A stretch of 64,000 bases of DNA from Candidatus Pacebacteria bacterium RIFOXYA1_FULL_38_18 (GCA_001787405.1 MFWV01000003.1:64790-128789), one strand, 5' to 3'; positions 10,942 through 21,600 are shown, counted from the first letter of the stretch. Translations and numbers: made by a program. Notes: generated from the letters alone by a model not told the origin.

Positions 10942-12213
10942 TTACTTGAGTAAAATAGTGGCCAATCCCAAGAAGGCCAAAAAGCCCAAGACATCAGTAG
11001 CAGCGGAAATAAAAACAGTCGCTGACGCTGCCGGATCTTTGCCCAATCTCACCATGATCAAGGGAATCAAAGTGCCAAAAAATCCCGCTACCAATAAATT
11101 AATAACCATCGCCATCGCCAGTATCAGTGCCAACATAGGCTCTCTATTGAAGATCAAGACAATCCCCGCCACCAGCGCTCCATTGATCAAACCATTGATC
11201 AGCGCTGCTCCCAATTCTTCTTTGATGGCCAGCCAACTATTTTTTATATCAATTTGTTGCAAGGCAATCCCTCGCACCATCACCGCCAAAGTTTGAGTAG
11301 AAGCATTGCCACCCATACCTGCCACGATGGGCATGTAAATAGCCAACAGCACATATTTGGAAATAGTTTCACTAAACAAACTCACCGTAGCCGAAGCCAA
11401 AAAAGCCGTCCCCAAATTGATAATCAACCATTTATAACGAAAACGAACTTTACTTTTGGCAGAATCAAACACAGTCTCCTCACTATGCACCCCAGCAAAA
11501 TCATAAAGAGTGGAAGCCTCCTGATCGCGGATAGCTCGCAAGACATCATCTGAATAAAGAATTCCCAAAACCGCCCCATTCTCTCCCAACACCGCGGTTT
11601 TTCCATGAGGATGATCTAGAAAGTGCCTGAGCACCTTTTTATACTCAGTAGTATGAGCCAGAGCCGGAATTTTTCGCAAATATTCCTTGACCGGTTTGCC
11701 AAGTTCAGCAAAAGCTAGTTTGTGATTTGGCACATAACCGATCAATTTTTCCTCTTCCATAATCAAGACAATCGGAAACTTACCAGTACGCTGTTCATGA
11801 CCCTTAATTTCCTCCACCACCTCTTTCATGTTTTGCTTGGCTTCCACCCGAATATAATTCAAGCTCATCAAACCAGCCGCCGTTTTTGGATCAAATTGCA
11901 GTAACAAAGAAATATCTTGCTGTAATTTTTCACTCAACTCCGTCAACAAAGTCTTTTGCAGTTTAGCTGGCACAATCTGCAATAAATCCGTCGCATCATC
12001 CGGGTCCAAATAATTCAACAGTGCTAGCAATAACTCTTTTTCCAACTTGGGCAATAACTGAGCCTGAATATGACTGGAAAGTTTCAAAACAATGTTTGCC
12101 TGCCTCTCCACCGGCAAATCACTAAAAATCTGCACCCTCTCTTTGGGCCGATAAGTAATCTGTTTAACTAGCTCGCGGGTAGAAGGGGGTTTGGCAATAG
12201 TAGTAGTAACCAT
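10942..12213 (-). CDS. mgtE: magnesium transporter MgtE
   Basis: MgtE N-domain, CBS pair (TAAGLMS), GMGGN, DPAASATVFISAATDVLG. Confidence 0.92.
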   Translation of the reverse strand: MVTTTIAKPPSTRELVKQITYRPKERVQIFSDLPVERQANIVLKLSSHIQAQLLPKLEKELLLALLNYLDPDDATDLLQIVPAKLQKTLLTELSEKLQQDISLLLQFDPKTAAGLMSLNYIRVEAKQNMKEVVEEIKGHEQRTGKFPIVLIMEEEKLIGYVPNHKLAFAELGKPVKEYLRKIPALAHTTEYKKVLRHFLDHPHGKTAVLGENGAVLGILYSDDVLRAIRDQEASTLYDFAGVHSEETVFDSAKSKVRFRYKWLIINLGTAFLASATVSLFSETISKYVLLAIYMPIVAGMGGNASTQTLAVMVRGIALQQIDIKNSWLAIKEELGAALINGLINGALVAGIVLIFNREPMLALILAMAMVINLLVAGFFGTLIPLIMVRLGKDPAASATVFISAATDVLGFLAFLGLATILLK

Positions 12214-12355
12214 AGTTCCAGATTGTAATGAAAAAGCCCCCCAAAAAGCAAGCTCATCAAAAACCACTGCCCCCGCCCCCTCTCCACCACCCCAAATAAT
12301 TTTTCAAACCCCAAGTCGAAAATCCCCCAAACTTCGGTATAATATGGAAATCAGA

Positions 12356-12430
12356 TCCCCTGTAGCTCAATGGCAGAGCAGGAAGCTGTTAACTTCAAGG
12401 TTGTAGGTTCGAGTCCTACCGGGGGAGCCA
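12356..12430 (+). tRNA. tRNA-Asn (GTT), CCA encoded
   Basis: Acceptor TCCCCTG/CGGGGGA, anticodon loop CTGTTAA, T-arm GTAGG-TTCGAGT-CCTAC, discriminator G then CCA; TATAAT at 12338-12343. Confidence 0.97.
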
Positions 12431-14005
12431 GATTGGGCGGGAGGGCAACAAAGAGCCCTTTTGTCCCGTAACATCGCTCTTTTCTTGATGTTCGAAACTC
12501 TTACACTCAAATTGGTCAATTTTATCGACTTTCGAACAATTGGTTTCTTTTACTGCCTGAGCCAGAATTTTGAATGCTTTGGTGTAGTCATAGAGGAGTT
12601 TTCCCTCGTCTAATTTCAAGTTGGTGAACACTAGTCGTATAAGGCAGCGCTGTTCTTCGGCTAAGCCTTTCTCTTTTGCAGTTAGGTAGATCTGCTTGGC
12701 TCTCTGGGATAGTTCGTAGAAGTTAATGCCGAAGTTGAAGTAGCCGTTACTAGCTTGGGAGTGCTTCCTGGTGGTTTCTAGGACAGCGTCTTTCTCTCCT
12801 GTATATTGCTTAAACTTCTGATTGTAAAAATCCAGGGTTATTTTCTCGTCCAACTTATCGTCGTAAAGTTTGTCCAAGCGCTTCTTAATTTGCTCGTAGC
12901 GCTGGTTTAGCTCCTCAATCGTAGTGGAGTGGTAGACAGTTTCATCGGCATGGCTTTCTTTAAGCGCTTTTTTGATCCACTCGGCTACTCTCTGGTTTCT
13001 AATGACCAGCTTATCAAAGCCATCAATGATCTGTTCTTCAACCTTTTCTTCTCTGACCCAAGTCTCCTGAGTGCATTCGTGATAGTGGTTGCAGTGTCCG
13101 TAAACCAACCCACCTCGTTGGGATTCCCAGGTAGTTAGCCCGCCACAGGTGGCACAGCGGCATAAACGGTTGAACAGGTAGTCGTGTCTGGTGAGTTTGG
13201 GTGTGGTTTTGCCTGTCAGCATATTTTGCACCTTATCATATAACTCTTGGGTGATAATCGGTTTGTGTTTACCATCGTAGATCTGACCGTTCCACCTCAT
13301 TTTACCAGTGTAGAAGGGCTCTCGTAAGAGTCTGTGAACTCGGCTCTTAACCAGTTTTACGCCGTGGTAGGAGCGCAAACCTTCCTCAAACATGGTCAAT
13401 GTTAATTTTTTGATTGAGTAATTACCCGAAGCGTAAAGCTCGAACATTTTCTTGACCATGACTGCTTTTTCTTCCTCGATAAGGATGATTTTGTGTCCCT
13501 TCTCGCCTACGGTCTTATATCCCACAGGCGGTTTAGTGGGTAGCCACCCTTGCGCTATTTTCTCTTTCTGTCCTTTCTTCACTTCCTCGGAGAGGTTATC
13601 AATGTAGTTTTTTGCAAAAAGGATACGGATGCCCCAGTTCAGTTTCTCTTGAGAACGAGAGTTTTTATGTAAAATCAACGAGTCTTTGACCAGGTGGACT
13701 TGGCGTTCCTCATCATCCTCTAGCCATTCATCAATCATGACAGCATCCTTGAAGCTTCTGGTCAGGCGGTCTACTTTCTCGCAGATAATGATTTTTAGCC
13801 CTTGCTTCTGGACATACTGCATCATCTGGGTGAACACTTCTCGCTGTTTCTTACCACTGGCTGATTCAGAGATGGCGAAGACTTTATCAACACTATAACC
13901 AGTTCTTTCGGAATAGGCGCTTAGAAGCTTCTCCTGGGCTGGTAGGGAGTAGCCTGTTTCCTCTTGTTCTTTGGAGCTGACTCGGCAGTATAGGATGCTT
14001 TTCAT
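12416..14005 (-). CDS. large serine recombinase; C-terminus read from the tRNA antisense strand
   Basis: YCRVSS catalytic Ser, DRLTR, recombinase domain, Zn ribbon (CATCG...HCNH...C), coiled coil; ends WLPR* inside the tRNA. Confidence 0.95.
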   Translation of the reverse strand: MKSILYCRVSSKEQEETGYSLPAQEKLLSAYSERTGYSVDKVFAISESASGKKQREVFTQMMQYVQKQGLKIIICEKVDRLTRSFKDAVMIDEWLEDDEERQVHLVKDSLILHKNSRSQEKLNWGIRILFAKNYIDNLSEEVKKGQKEKIAQGWLPTKPPVGYKTVGEKGHKIILIEEEKAVMVKKMFELYASGNYSIKKLTLTMFEEGLRSYHGVKLVKSRVHRLLREPFYTGKMRWNGQIYDGKHKPIITQELYDKVQNMLTGKTTPKLTRHDYLFNRLCRCATCGGLTTWESQRGGLVYGHCNHYHECTQETWVREEKVEEQIIDGFDKLVIRNQRVAEWIKKALKESHADETVYHSTTIEELNQRYEQIKKRLDKLYDDKLDEKITLDFYNQKFKQYTGEKDAVLETTRKHSQASNGYFNFGINFYELSQRAKQIYLTAKEKGLAEEQRCLIRLVFTNLKLDEGKLLYDYTKAFKILAQAVKETNCSKVDKIDQFECKSFEHQEKSDVTGQKGSLLPSRPIWLPR

Positions 14006-14050
14006 AATAATTGTTTCAGCAACACAACATAAAGAAATAACCAGGGAATA

Positions 14051-14653
14051 TCAAGTTGAGTGTTCATCTTTGTTCCAAATTCGCTTTTCATAAAAATCTT
14101 TAATTGTCTGATCAATTGCTCTACCCAGTTCACTTTCTTCTGGCGTAGGTGGCTTCTGTTCGTCCTCGTTAATTTTCTGGACGATTTCTTGTTTGCTTAT
14201 GCTTTCACCGCCTTCTATTCGCATCATTTCCCATAATGCCTTTAACTCTGGGACTGAGGCGGGTTCACCTGAGCGCATTTGTTTTCTTAAGGTTTGTAGT
14301 TTGTCCCAAAACACTTCGGAAATAATATGGAGTCGTTTCTGTCGTATTTGGCTCGTCTTCTTTTTAAGAATTTCCACATCCTCGCTAAGTTTCAAGTCAG
14401 CTCGTTCTACCCAACGATACTGCGATGACCAGCGTTCCAATGTTCTTTCTGAAGGTAATCTGCCAAGTTTATCCTTGAAAATCCCCGACACCTCTCCTAC
14501 AGATCCCCGCAATATTCCTTGCCAAGTTTGCATAAGTCGAGTGAGACTGTTGGTTTCGCAATAAAGTAGAAACGCCACATACTGTCGCTCCTTTTCTTTA
14601 GGCATCTTGGAAGTGATTAATACTGGTGGCTTATTTATTTGTTGTTGTTCCAT
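14051..14653 (-). CDS. element protein, HTH; weak resemblance to small terminase
   Basis: 200 aa; AFLLY...RTLERWSSQYRWVERA pattern recalls HTH-type TerS (inference). Confidence 0.5.
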   Translation of the reverse strand: MEQQQINKPPVLITSKMPKEKERQYVAFLLYCETNSLTRLMQTWQGILRGSVGEVSGIFKDKLGRLPSERTLERWSSQYRWVERADLKLSEDVEILKKKTSQIRQKRLHIISEVFWDKLQTLRKQMRSGEPASVPELKALWEMMRIEGGESISKQEIVQKINEDEQKPPTPEESELGRAIDQTIKDFYEKRIWNKDEHST

Positions 14654-14864
14654 CTTGTTCTAACCTTTTATTAATAAATCGATCAATGCTTCTGGTAGCG
14701 CGTTGTCGAATTGTCGCGGGTAACGACTCGTTCTCAACTTGGTCAAGGTATTTTTCGAAAGTTACTGACTCTTTCTCACCACAAATGGATCTTACGGATC
14801 GCCTTAACAATGTCGATATCATCTGTTTTCTTTTCTGCTTGGTTAATATTGTTTGTTGTTTCAT
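14631..14864 (-). CDS. small hypothetical element protein
   Basis: 77 aa, overlaps the downstream gene in a co-oriented operon. Confidence 0.6.
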   Translation of the reverse strand: MKQQTILTKQKRKQMISTLLRRSVRSICGEKESVTFEKYLDQVENESLPATIRQRATRSIDRFINKRLEQDGTTTNK

Positions 14865-14867
14865 GGG

Positions 14868-15227
14868 TTATTTGTTTTTTGGCGTGGGTTTGCCAATATT
14901 TTTATAAACTTCTTCCCTAAATTTCTTCCATTTTTCTGGCGACATTGGTTTATATTCAGGTTCAGTTGCCCGCATGGGCAGTGCCTTTGCGTCTTTGAGA
15001 AATCTTCGTTCCCGATAAAACTCGGTAATATAGGGAATAGAGATAGCAAAAGTCTCAAAGACAATCGCTCCTCGTTCACCCTTTGCCAGTGCCTCCTGCA
15101 CTAACCGAGCTTGGTTTTTAGACAGGTAGTATCTGCCTTTGCTGGTAAGAATGACTACCCAGAGTTCCTCGTAGTCATCATCATTTAATATTTCTGGCAT
15201 CGATGCCTCGTTTACTGACATGTTCAT
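14868..15227 (-). CDS. hypothetical element protein
   Basis: AGGAGG SD before ATG 15227; overlaps the 3' end of the rep gene. Confidence 0.65.
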   Translation of the reverse strand: MNMSVNEASMPEILNDDDYEELWVVILTSKGRYYLSKNQARLVQEALAKGERGAIVFETFAISIPYITEFYRERRFLKDAKALPMRATEPEYKPMSPEKWKKFREEVYKNIGKPTPKNK

Positions 15228-15921
15228 TCGCCTCCTTTCTAATTTGTAATGCGTCTCGTTTGACGAAATTGCGTAAAGCTGCAAAGTAATCGGAATAGTC
15301 TTTACCAGTCGATTGGCAATAGTTCATCAGGTCATCATATTTACTGGTTACGAAGGGAAGAGGCACACCATATCGTTGGGCTATATCTGTAAACTCCGCT
15401 TCACCAAGGCTCTCCAAGGTGGAATATTTACCTTTAAGAGAAACTAAACCCTTCTCTTTATGTATTTCTCTTTTATTATGTGTAACCTTTAGATGTGACT
15501 CCTTAAGGGGCAATGGTTGCCCCTGGCTCTGCTCTTTTTTGCCCATGGATACTCCAGGTGCAAAATTTGCACTTGGTTGTTTCCAGTGGGATTTATCTAG
15601 AAGAAAGTAAGTGTTATTGAGCCATTGACCCCCTTTATTGCGAACTTTTTCCCGTCTGATAATATTCCACTGTTCAAGTAATTTAATTTTGCTTTTTACC
15701 GTCCTTACCCCAATTCCATGTTCTCTGGCGATAGTCACCTGGCTCGGGAAAGCTGATTGCTCTTTATCGGCGTGACGACATAAAGACACATACACCGCCA
15801 GCGCAGATGGTTTTAGATATTTTGCCCAGCCATTCACATAGGCATCATCCATGCAGAATTTTTCCTTTATTCGTAAGTCTCTGACCCTGAATGTTCGAGT
15901 GTTTATGATTGTTTTTTGCAT
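15181..15921 (-). CDS. phage-like replication initiator with N-terminal HTH
   Basis: ALAVYVSLCRHAD...FPSQVTIA...V...IKLLE HTH followed by NTYFL, a linker and a C-terminal helical domain. Confidence 0.7.
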   Translation of the reverse strand: MQKTIINTRTFRVRDLRIKEKFCMDDAYVNGWAKYLKPSALAVYVSLCRHADKEQSAFPSQVTIAREHGIGVRTVKSKIKLLEQWNIIRREKVRNKGGQWLNNTYFLLDKSHWKQPSANFAPGVSMGKKEQSQGQPLPLKESHLKVTHNKREIHKEKGLVSLKGKYSTLESLGEAEFTDIAQRYGVPLPFVTSKYDDLMNYCQSTGKDYSDYFAALRNFVKRDALQIRKEANEHVSKRGIDARNIK

Positions 15922-16067
15922 ATTTGTTTTTGCTCAATTTTGACTAGCAACTCGACAAAACTTATCCAGCTGGAGCCGATTTCGTAAACTTCCTCCAGGC
16001 TTAACTTTGCTCCGTAGTCTTCTTCCAATATCTGCTTTAGCTCTAGGACCAACTTATGACTGATCAT
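15903..16067 (-). CDS. 54-aa hypothetical protein (not in ORF track)
   Basis: MISHKLVLELKQILEEDYGAKLSLEEVYEIG...; ATG overlaps the upstream TGA (ATGA) and the 3' end overlaps the rep start. Confidence 0.7.
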   Translation of the reverse strand: MISHKLVLELKQILEEDYGAKLSLEEVYEIGSSWISFVELLVKIEQKQICKKQS

Positions 16068-16321
16068 GTTTGATCCTCCGAGTAGAGACGGGACTTTATT
16101 GTCCGCAACTGATTAAAATAAGTTTGTGGGGATACGGTGAGTTCGTTACGAAAATACGCCTCAACTAGCTCGTTGAGTTGTTTATTTTTTTTGAAGACAA
16201 AAACCGCTTTACGAGGATTGGACTTATTGATTTCCTCGATTGGTTGCCATAAGGATAAAGCGGTGGCAATGGCGAGATCGCTTGTGAGATAGTAATCGGT
16301 GTTTAATTCTTGCTGTTTCAT
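16064..16321 (-). CDS. DUF5659-like protein
   Basis: YLTSDLAIATAL...KAVFVF...YFNQLRTIKSRLY pattern. Confidence 0.7.
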   Translation of the reverse strand: MKQQELNTDYYLTSDLAIATALSLWQPIEEINKSNPRKAVFVFKKNKQLNELVEAYFRNELTVSPQTYFNQLRTIKSRLYSEDQT

Positions 16322-16428
16322 AGTGATAGTCATTCGGTTGGTGACTATCAAGATTGTTAAACAAACAGCAAACTACCGCCACGGATTCTTTTACGACTTT
16401 TTTACGATCCTTTTGCGATGAAGGGAAT

Positions 16429-17082
16429 TTATGGACGAAGTAGCTTGTAGCCCACATTTCTCTTGGAGATAATCATATCTTCAATTTCATCTTTGGTCAT
16501 ACCCGCATCTTCTAAAATAGGAACGATGTTTCTTCTTATATACTGAACGGCTACAGCGATCTCTTTGGAATCAGACGATGCTCGACAATTCAAATCGAGT
16601 TTATCAGCTATTTCCCCATATCTGACAATTTGATCACTTTCCACAAGGAGAATTAAATACCTTATTTCATCCTGGGTGGGCGAGATCTCTACTGGTTTAT
16701 TGCCTTTATACTGCATGACCCCTTTTAGTAGATCGATTTTTAGTTCTCTCCACACATATACTCCCTCTGTCTTTTCAGGTTGAGTATCCTTGCCTCCAAC
16801 CGCCAATTTTTCTCGGTCAACCATTATTTTAACTGTCTCGCCCGCGAACCTTCCCAGCTTGTTTAAACAAGATATATCAATTACTTGCACTAGATGCTTT
16901 TCCTCAAGTGTCCTTAACATCTTTTTTAAGTCGTCTTTGGGAATTAAGTCGCCATTTTTATCTCTAAAATTCCAAAGAGTGATAGCAATCGCCTCGTCCG
17001 ACTCTGGAGATATTTCGACCTTTTTTTGAATAATATCCACCACTAAGCGTAGTGGCTCTGGTAATGCCATTATCATAGTCAT
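16429..17082 (-). CDS. putative winged-helix regulator
   Basis: C-terminal OmpR-like wHTH ending ISKRNVGYKL. Confidence 0.6.
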   Translation of the reverse strand: MTMIMALPEPLRLVVDIIQKKVEISPESDEAIAITLWNFRDKNGDLIPKDDLKKMLRTLEEKHLVQVIDISCLNKLGRFAGETVKIMVDREKLAVGGKDTQPEKTEGVYVWRELKIDLLKGVMQYKGNKPVEISPTQDEIRYLILLVESDQIVRYGEIADKLDLNCRASSDSKEIAVAVQYIRRNIVPILEDAGMTKDEIEDMIISKRNVGYKLLRP

Positions 17083-17155
17083 ATTTATATTTGGGTATAA
17101 AAATACCCACTCTTATTTTACTAAAAGTGGGTCAGATAACCTAGGGAAGTTTGTT

Positions 17156-17392
17156 CTAGAACTCAAACAGGTCTTTGACCTTTATACTCAAACCTCTGGC
17201 AATTTTGATCAAATACCTTACTGAGGTATTCACATACCCATTCTCGATCTTCGCCAGATACGAGACATTACTTGCAGCTTTATCAGCAAGATCTTCTTGC
17301 GTCATCTTTTTCTGCTCACGAATTCGTTTGATAGTTTTACCCAATACCTCTCTTTCACGCAGGAATGGATTATTTTGTGCATATCCTCTCAT
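17156..17392 (-). CDS. XRE-family HTH regulator
   Basis: IKRIREQKKMTQEDLA...YLAKIENG...LIKIARGL; start taken at ATG 17392. Confidence 0.85.
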   Translation of the reverse strand: MRGYAQNNPFLREREVLGKTIKRIREQKKMTQEDLADKAASNVSYLAKIENGYVNTSVRYLIKIARGLSIKVKDLFEF

Positions 17393-17402
17393 GCTCACAG
17401 TA

Positions 17403-17442
17403 TTTCCATATTTGGAAACATTTACCATTCCATATATGGCAA
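17403..17442. promoter_or_regulatory. two related palindromes, candidate XRE operators
   Basis: TTTCCATATTTGGAAA (17403-17418) and TTCCATATATGGCAA (17428-17442) just upstream of the XRE gene. Confidence 0.55.
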
Positions 17443-17547
17443 GATTGTGCTAAAATTAGCCTGGTAGCCAACTAAAACTTGACATTGAGATGGAAAGGAA
17501 GCTAATATCTCAGAATCTTTTACAGTTAGCGCATAAGGAGGATAAAA

Positions 17548-18420
17548 ATGACAATGACACATAAAAACAAATCTCGTATTCTGCCTGCTATTCTTTTCCT
17601 TGCCGTAGTTACTATTTTTGCCGTTGTATTAGCTCCTCGCTTTTTGGGTCAATCCAAAGTCGTTCAAACCCCGCAAACCAGTGCCAAAGACAAGCAAGTC
17701 ACTGAGCTTCTGGCTAAAATGAGCGAGAACCCCAATAAGGACTCTCAGGAGTATGCAGAAGCTAGACAGGAATTTTGCATCCTGACCGCACGACCAGCAG
17801 CCCAGAGAGAGAAAGCTGTAGCCAACATTAGGCAATTCCTGGGCATGACCGACATCCCAGTCGAATTCGTTTGCAGTAGGTTTAACGGTAAACCAGATGA
17901 TAGCGGAACGGACTACAATAGCCCTGCCAGCGAAACTTATGAGGCTGCACGATTTAGCTTTACAGTTGATCCAAAGACCAACTACATCGTCGAGACAGGC
18001 GAGGCAGAGCGTCGATGGGGAACGAAAGTGGATGGCACACGCTGGTTTGAAAACATGCCAGAGTATGATGACACGCCCACCTACACCACGTCAGAGGCTA
18101 TCAAGCCAGTAGCGGAAGCTTTCATGATTAAAAACAAGGATATCTTTGGAGTAGACATCACCAAAATGACCTACCAGTTCGAAGGCAGCAAGATCGGTAA
18201 CTTCTTTGTAAAGTGGATCGATAAAAGCAAACCACACACAAAGGACAGTGTGGAGTGTGGAGATGTCGACCAGAAGCGTGAAGGCGCATACAAAAACGAT
18301 CAAGGAGTATGGTGCTTAAAAAGCATCTACACCACATACCCAACAGTGAACATGACCATCATGCAGAGCGGGCAGGTGGCGGTCTACGACAATGACGGCT
18401 GGGAGATAGAGAAGCTATAA
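17548..18420 (+). CDS. membrane-anchored or secreted hypothetical protein
   Basis: 290 aa; AAGGAGG SD, N-terminal TM, four Cys. Confidence 0.8.
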   Translation: MTMTHKNKSRILPAILFLAVVTIFAVVLAPRFLGQSKVVQTPQTSAKDKQVTELLAKMSENPNKDSQEYAEARQEFCILTARPAAQREKAVANIRQFLGMTDIPVEFVCSRFNGKPDDSGTDYNSPASETYEAARFSFTVDPKTNYIVETGEAERRWGTKVDGTRWFENMPEYDDTPTYTTSEAIKPVAEAFMIKNKDIFGVDITKMTYQFEGSKIGNFFVKWIDKSKPHTKDSVECGDVDQKREGAYKNDQGVWCLKSIYTTYPTVNMTIMQSGQVAVYDNDGWEIEKL

Positions 18421-18430
18421 TAAAAACAGT

Positions 18431-18571
18431 ATGAAAAAACAGTGGATTATAGTCGCCATTCTTCTAGTTATCGTTCTTATTTGGTTTCTGCTTACCGTCG
18501 ACTGTGTGGTCAATAGAACTAACTCTGGTATCCCTATCGACTGGGCTAATATCAAGGATTGTAGCTACTAA
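18431..18571 (+). CDS. 46-aa membrane peptide (not in ORF track)
   Basis: MKKQWIIVAILLVIVLIWFLLTVDC...DCSY*, starts 10 nt after the previous stop. Confidence 0.6.
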   Translation: MKKQWIIVAILLVIVLIWFLLTVDCVVNRTNSGIPIDWANIKDCSY

Positions 18572-18699
18572 CTTAAAACTTCCTCAACACATCCCCGACG
18601 AGGCTTCTGAAGCTAAATAGAGGTGGAACTATGCCATCCCAGGCATGAAAGCCTCACACAAGTCAACACACGGGGACACGAGCGTTTCCTTTCTTTCTA

Positions 18700-21600
18700 T
18701 CAAGGGGTTGTTTGCATTTGGATTTCTTTTTCTGGAGCAATTGTCCTTTTTAGATACTTTTGATCTCTTTTTTGAAAAGCGGGAAGCGTTCCCTCAAGAA
18801 CATCTAGTATTTTTTTGTTCGTAGCAGGGTTTTCTATGCTACCAGAGGTGTATCTGATTTCATAAGTGTGCTTGTCCATCTCAGAGCTAATTATTTGTTC
18901 GGCGTCGCAGACAACGGCAAGATTAGGGTTATGGGTTACTATGATGATCTGTCGTTCTTTTTTGGCTTGTTTTATGTAAGGGACTAGGAGGGTATAGACA
19001 GATTCGTTATCAAGATTTTCCTCTGGTTGGTCAATTATGAGAGGAACCTTATCCTTGTCTATCAATAAGTAAAAAATTAACAGTAATGCTCCTATCTCCC
19101 CAGGAGAAAATTCATTCTCATTTAGATCTTTACCATTGAAAGTAATGTTGTATTTAACTTCAAGGTATTTTAATCCGTAGAGGTAGTTATAAAGTTCTAA
19201 TTTTTTACCATCACTTTTTATTAGCTGATCATCCAGCAGCTTGATAGGATTTCCCTTTACTGATTTATCGACTCTGAGACATTCAATGAGCTCTTTGATA
19301 AAGTTTACAACGCCATCTTTTGTTTTCAGGTCGCTATTTGCGATAGTTTCTTTTACTCTGATTAACGCCTCGGCTTTTCCTTGAAAACTGCCGTCTCTGC
19401 TTTGATCAATAAAGGATAAAAAGTCTATGGGAAAATTAAGTTTGTCAAAAACTATCCCGACATCAAAATTAAGCACACTACCTGTTTTCCTCTGTTTTTC
19501 CTCTTTATCGCTTATGACCTTGGCAAGAGGGGCGTAGATTTCTTCATAGAAGGAAATCTTTTTTAGAAGTTCATCATAAATTTGCTCAACGGTTTGATCT
19601 CTCAGTTTCTCTGACGTTTCAATATCTTTATCTAATTTCTTCTGAACATACTCTATTTCACCAGTTAGGGACTTTATTGTCGTTAGACTAGTGTCATCAT
19701 CTACACCTTCAATCAATCCTCGTTTTGTTTGATATGTCTTCAACGCTTTTTGATATTCTCGAAAGGCGTTGTTTTCTTTGTCAAGGCTATCAACGATTGT
19801 TTTTAGATCTGCCTGTATGCCTTTTTTCTTTACGACTAGGCTTGTTTTTGCGTCTCCCTCTTCTGATAATAAAATAGTTAGGCTGTCTTTTTCCAGGTTT
19901 AGGGAAGTCTTCTTCTGTGTGATAAGAGCCTCGTCTATTTTGATGGTAATAAGCTTTTGTGGATCAATACCCAAGAAGGTTAGGTCTTCTTTATAACCAG
20001 AAAGAAAATCATCAAATTGCTTTTGTAGACTGCCTAGGGCAATTTCGAGATTTTGGACCTTTGTAATGTTTTGGTTAACACCCTTTAATACCAACTGCTT
20101 TTCCCCGATGAGCTTTTCAACCTCTTCAAAGGATTTATTAAGAGCTGAGATTTTATCTTCTACATCTTTTGAGGGCTTGCTTTTAGGTTCTGTAACTTTC
20201 TTTGGTTTGACTAAATTCTTTAGCTCCCGTTGTTTTTCCTCTAACTTACGCTTGAGCGATCCAAGATAGATAGGGAGTTTTTTATTTTCTAGTTTACATA
20301 TGGAACCGTTTTGTTCCGACACTTTCTGTTTCAAGGTTTCAACATTTCTATCAATTAGACCTGTTTTTAGCCTAATTAGGTCTTTTAAATTACTAGTGCT
20401 ATTTCGATTTTCCTCGGGAACATATGAGAAGATTACTTTGTCAATTTCCTGCTGAAAAAGCTGATTAACACCACTGCCATCGCAGATCGCCTCAACGAAC
20501 TTTTGAGGGAGATACTTCACCTGCTCGGGTTCTGTGAGATTCACTTGATCATCAAGATTTGACTTTACGGAGATCCCATCCTCCCAAGTGAGTATTGCTT
20601 CATATTGTTTTGCCAGACCTTTTTTCCTGAATTTATCATCTCTCAAAAAAGAGTAAGTATTTGAGTCAGCATGGCTTTTTCCTGCCAATGCCATAGAATC
20701 TGCTTGTGCGCTTTTACCGCTCCCTTTCTTGCCAATAATTGCCACTAAACCAGGATTGATAGGAATTTCGTTATCAAACCAAGGATTCTTTTGAGTGCTG
20801 TCTACTGGTTTCAAAGATATAGCGTTAATGTAATGAGACTTATTACTTTCGATGTCGAGTAACTTGGGTGGCATTTTACCAATGAAGATTCTATCTTCTG
20901 GTTCATTTACAACTTGTCTTAATCCCTCAAAAGTTGGGTCAGCTTTTATCCAGCAGCATCTTTCGCATGGTTGTGACTTTTCATCTCGGATTGCCCCAAT
21001 TGGATATGTGTGTTCATGAGAGTCGCTACCTTTAAGGCATGGCTTTTTGTCTTTGAACCACTCTTCAAATTTTTCCTCTTTAACCTTGTCATCTTTCCAA
21101 AGGAAGAAATCTATTTGTTTTTGATTCGATGACCCGATAAAGTGCGAATCGTTTATAAGTCCTTGCTTGAACCATTGATCATTTACTGGATCGATATTGT
21201 CAATACCGCCATACTCGTCATATGGCATCCAAATCAGGTATTTCCCTCTGAAGGTTGGGTTTGCCTCAAGTAACTCCTTTGTTCTACCAAAATCAACAGC
21301 TACATTCTCGTATAAAAACTTGCTGTCAGAATATTTACTGGAGATTTGACTTCCATTAACGATAAGTGATTTTAGGAAATTCTCTATATCTAAGATATCT
21401 ATTTCATTGCTAAAAACGATATGAAAATTTATTCGCTGACCATTTTTAGAGTTTTTGTTGAGTAGGGCGTTGGTCATCCTAAATTCAACCACTGGCAGAA
21501 CAACTTTGTTTGAGTTGGGTGCTTTGGTTGTAAACTGCTTATAGCCCTCTACAGAACAGTAATCATTGATACCCACAACATCACAATCAGATTTTTCAAT

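Noticed and set aside
9947-11553. Antisense ORFs over rpoD and mgtE
   Set aside because: Shadow frames of conserved genes; the same applies to most short ORF-track entries nested in real CDSs
12236-12330. C-rich runs upstream of tRNA-Asn (possible G-quadruplex on the minus strand)
   Set aside because: Irregular runs and no independent evidence of function
18595-18660. Hammerhead ribozyme (stem-GAAA-stem)
   Set aside because: The CUGANGA core is missing before the putative stem II on both strands
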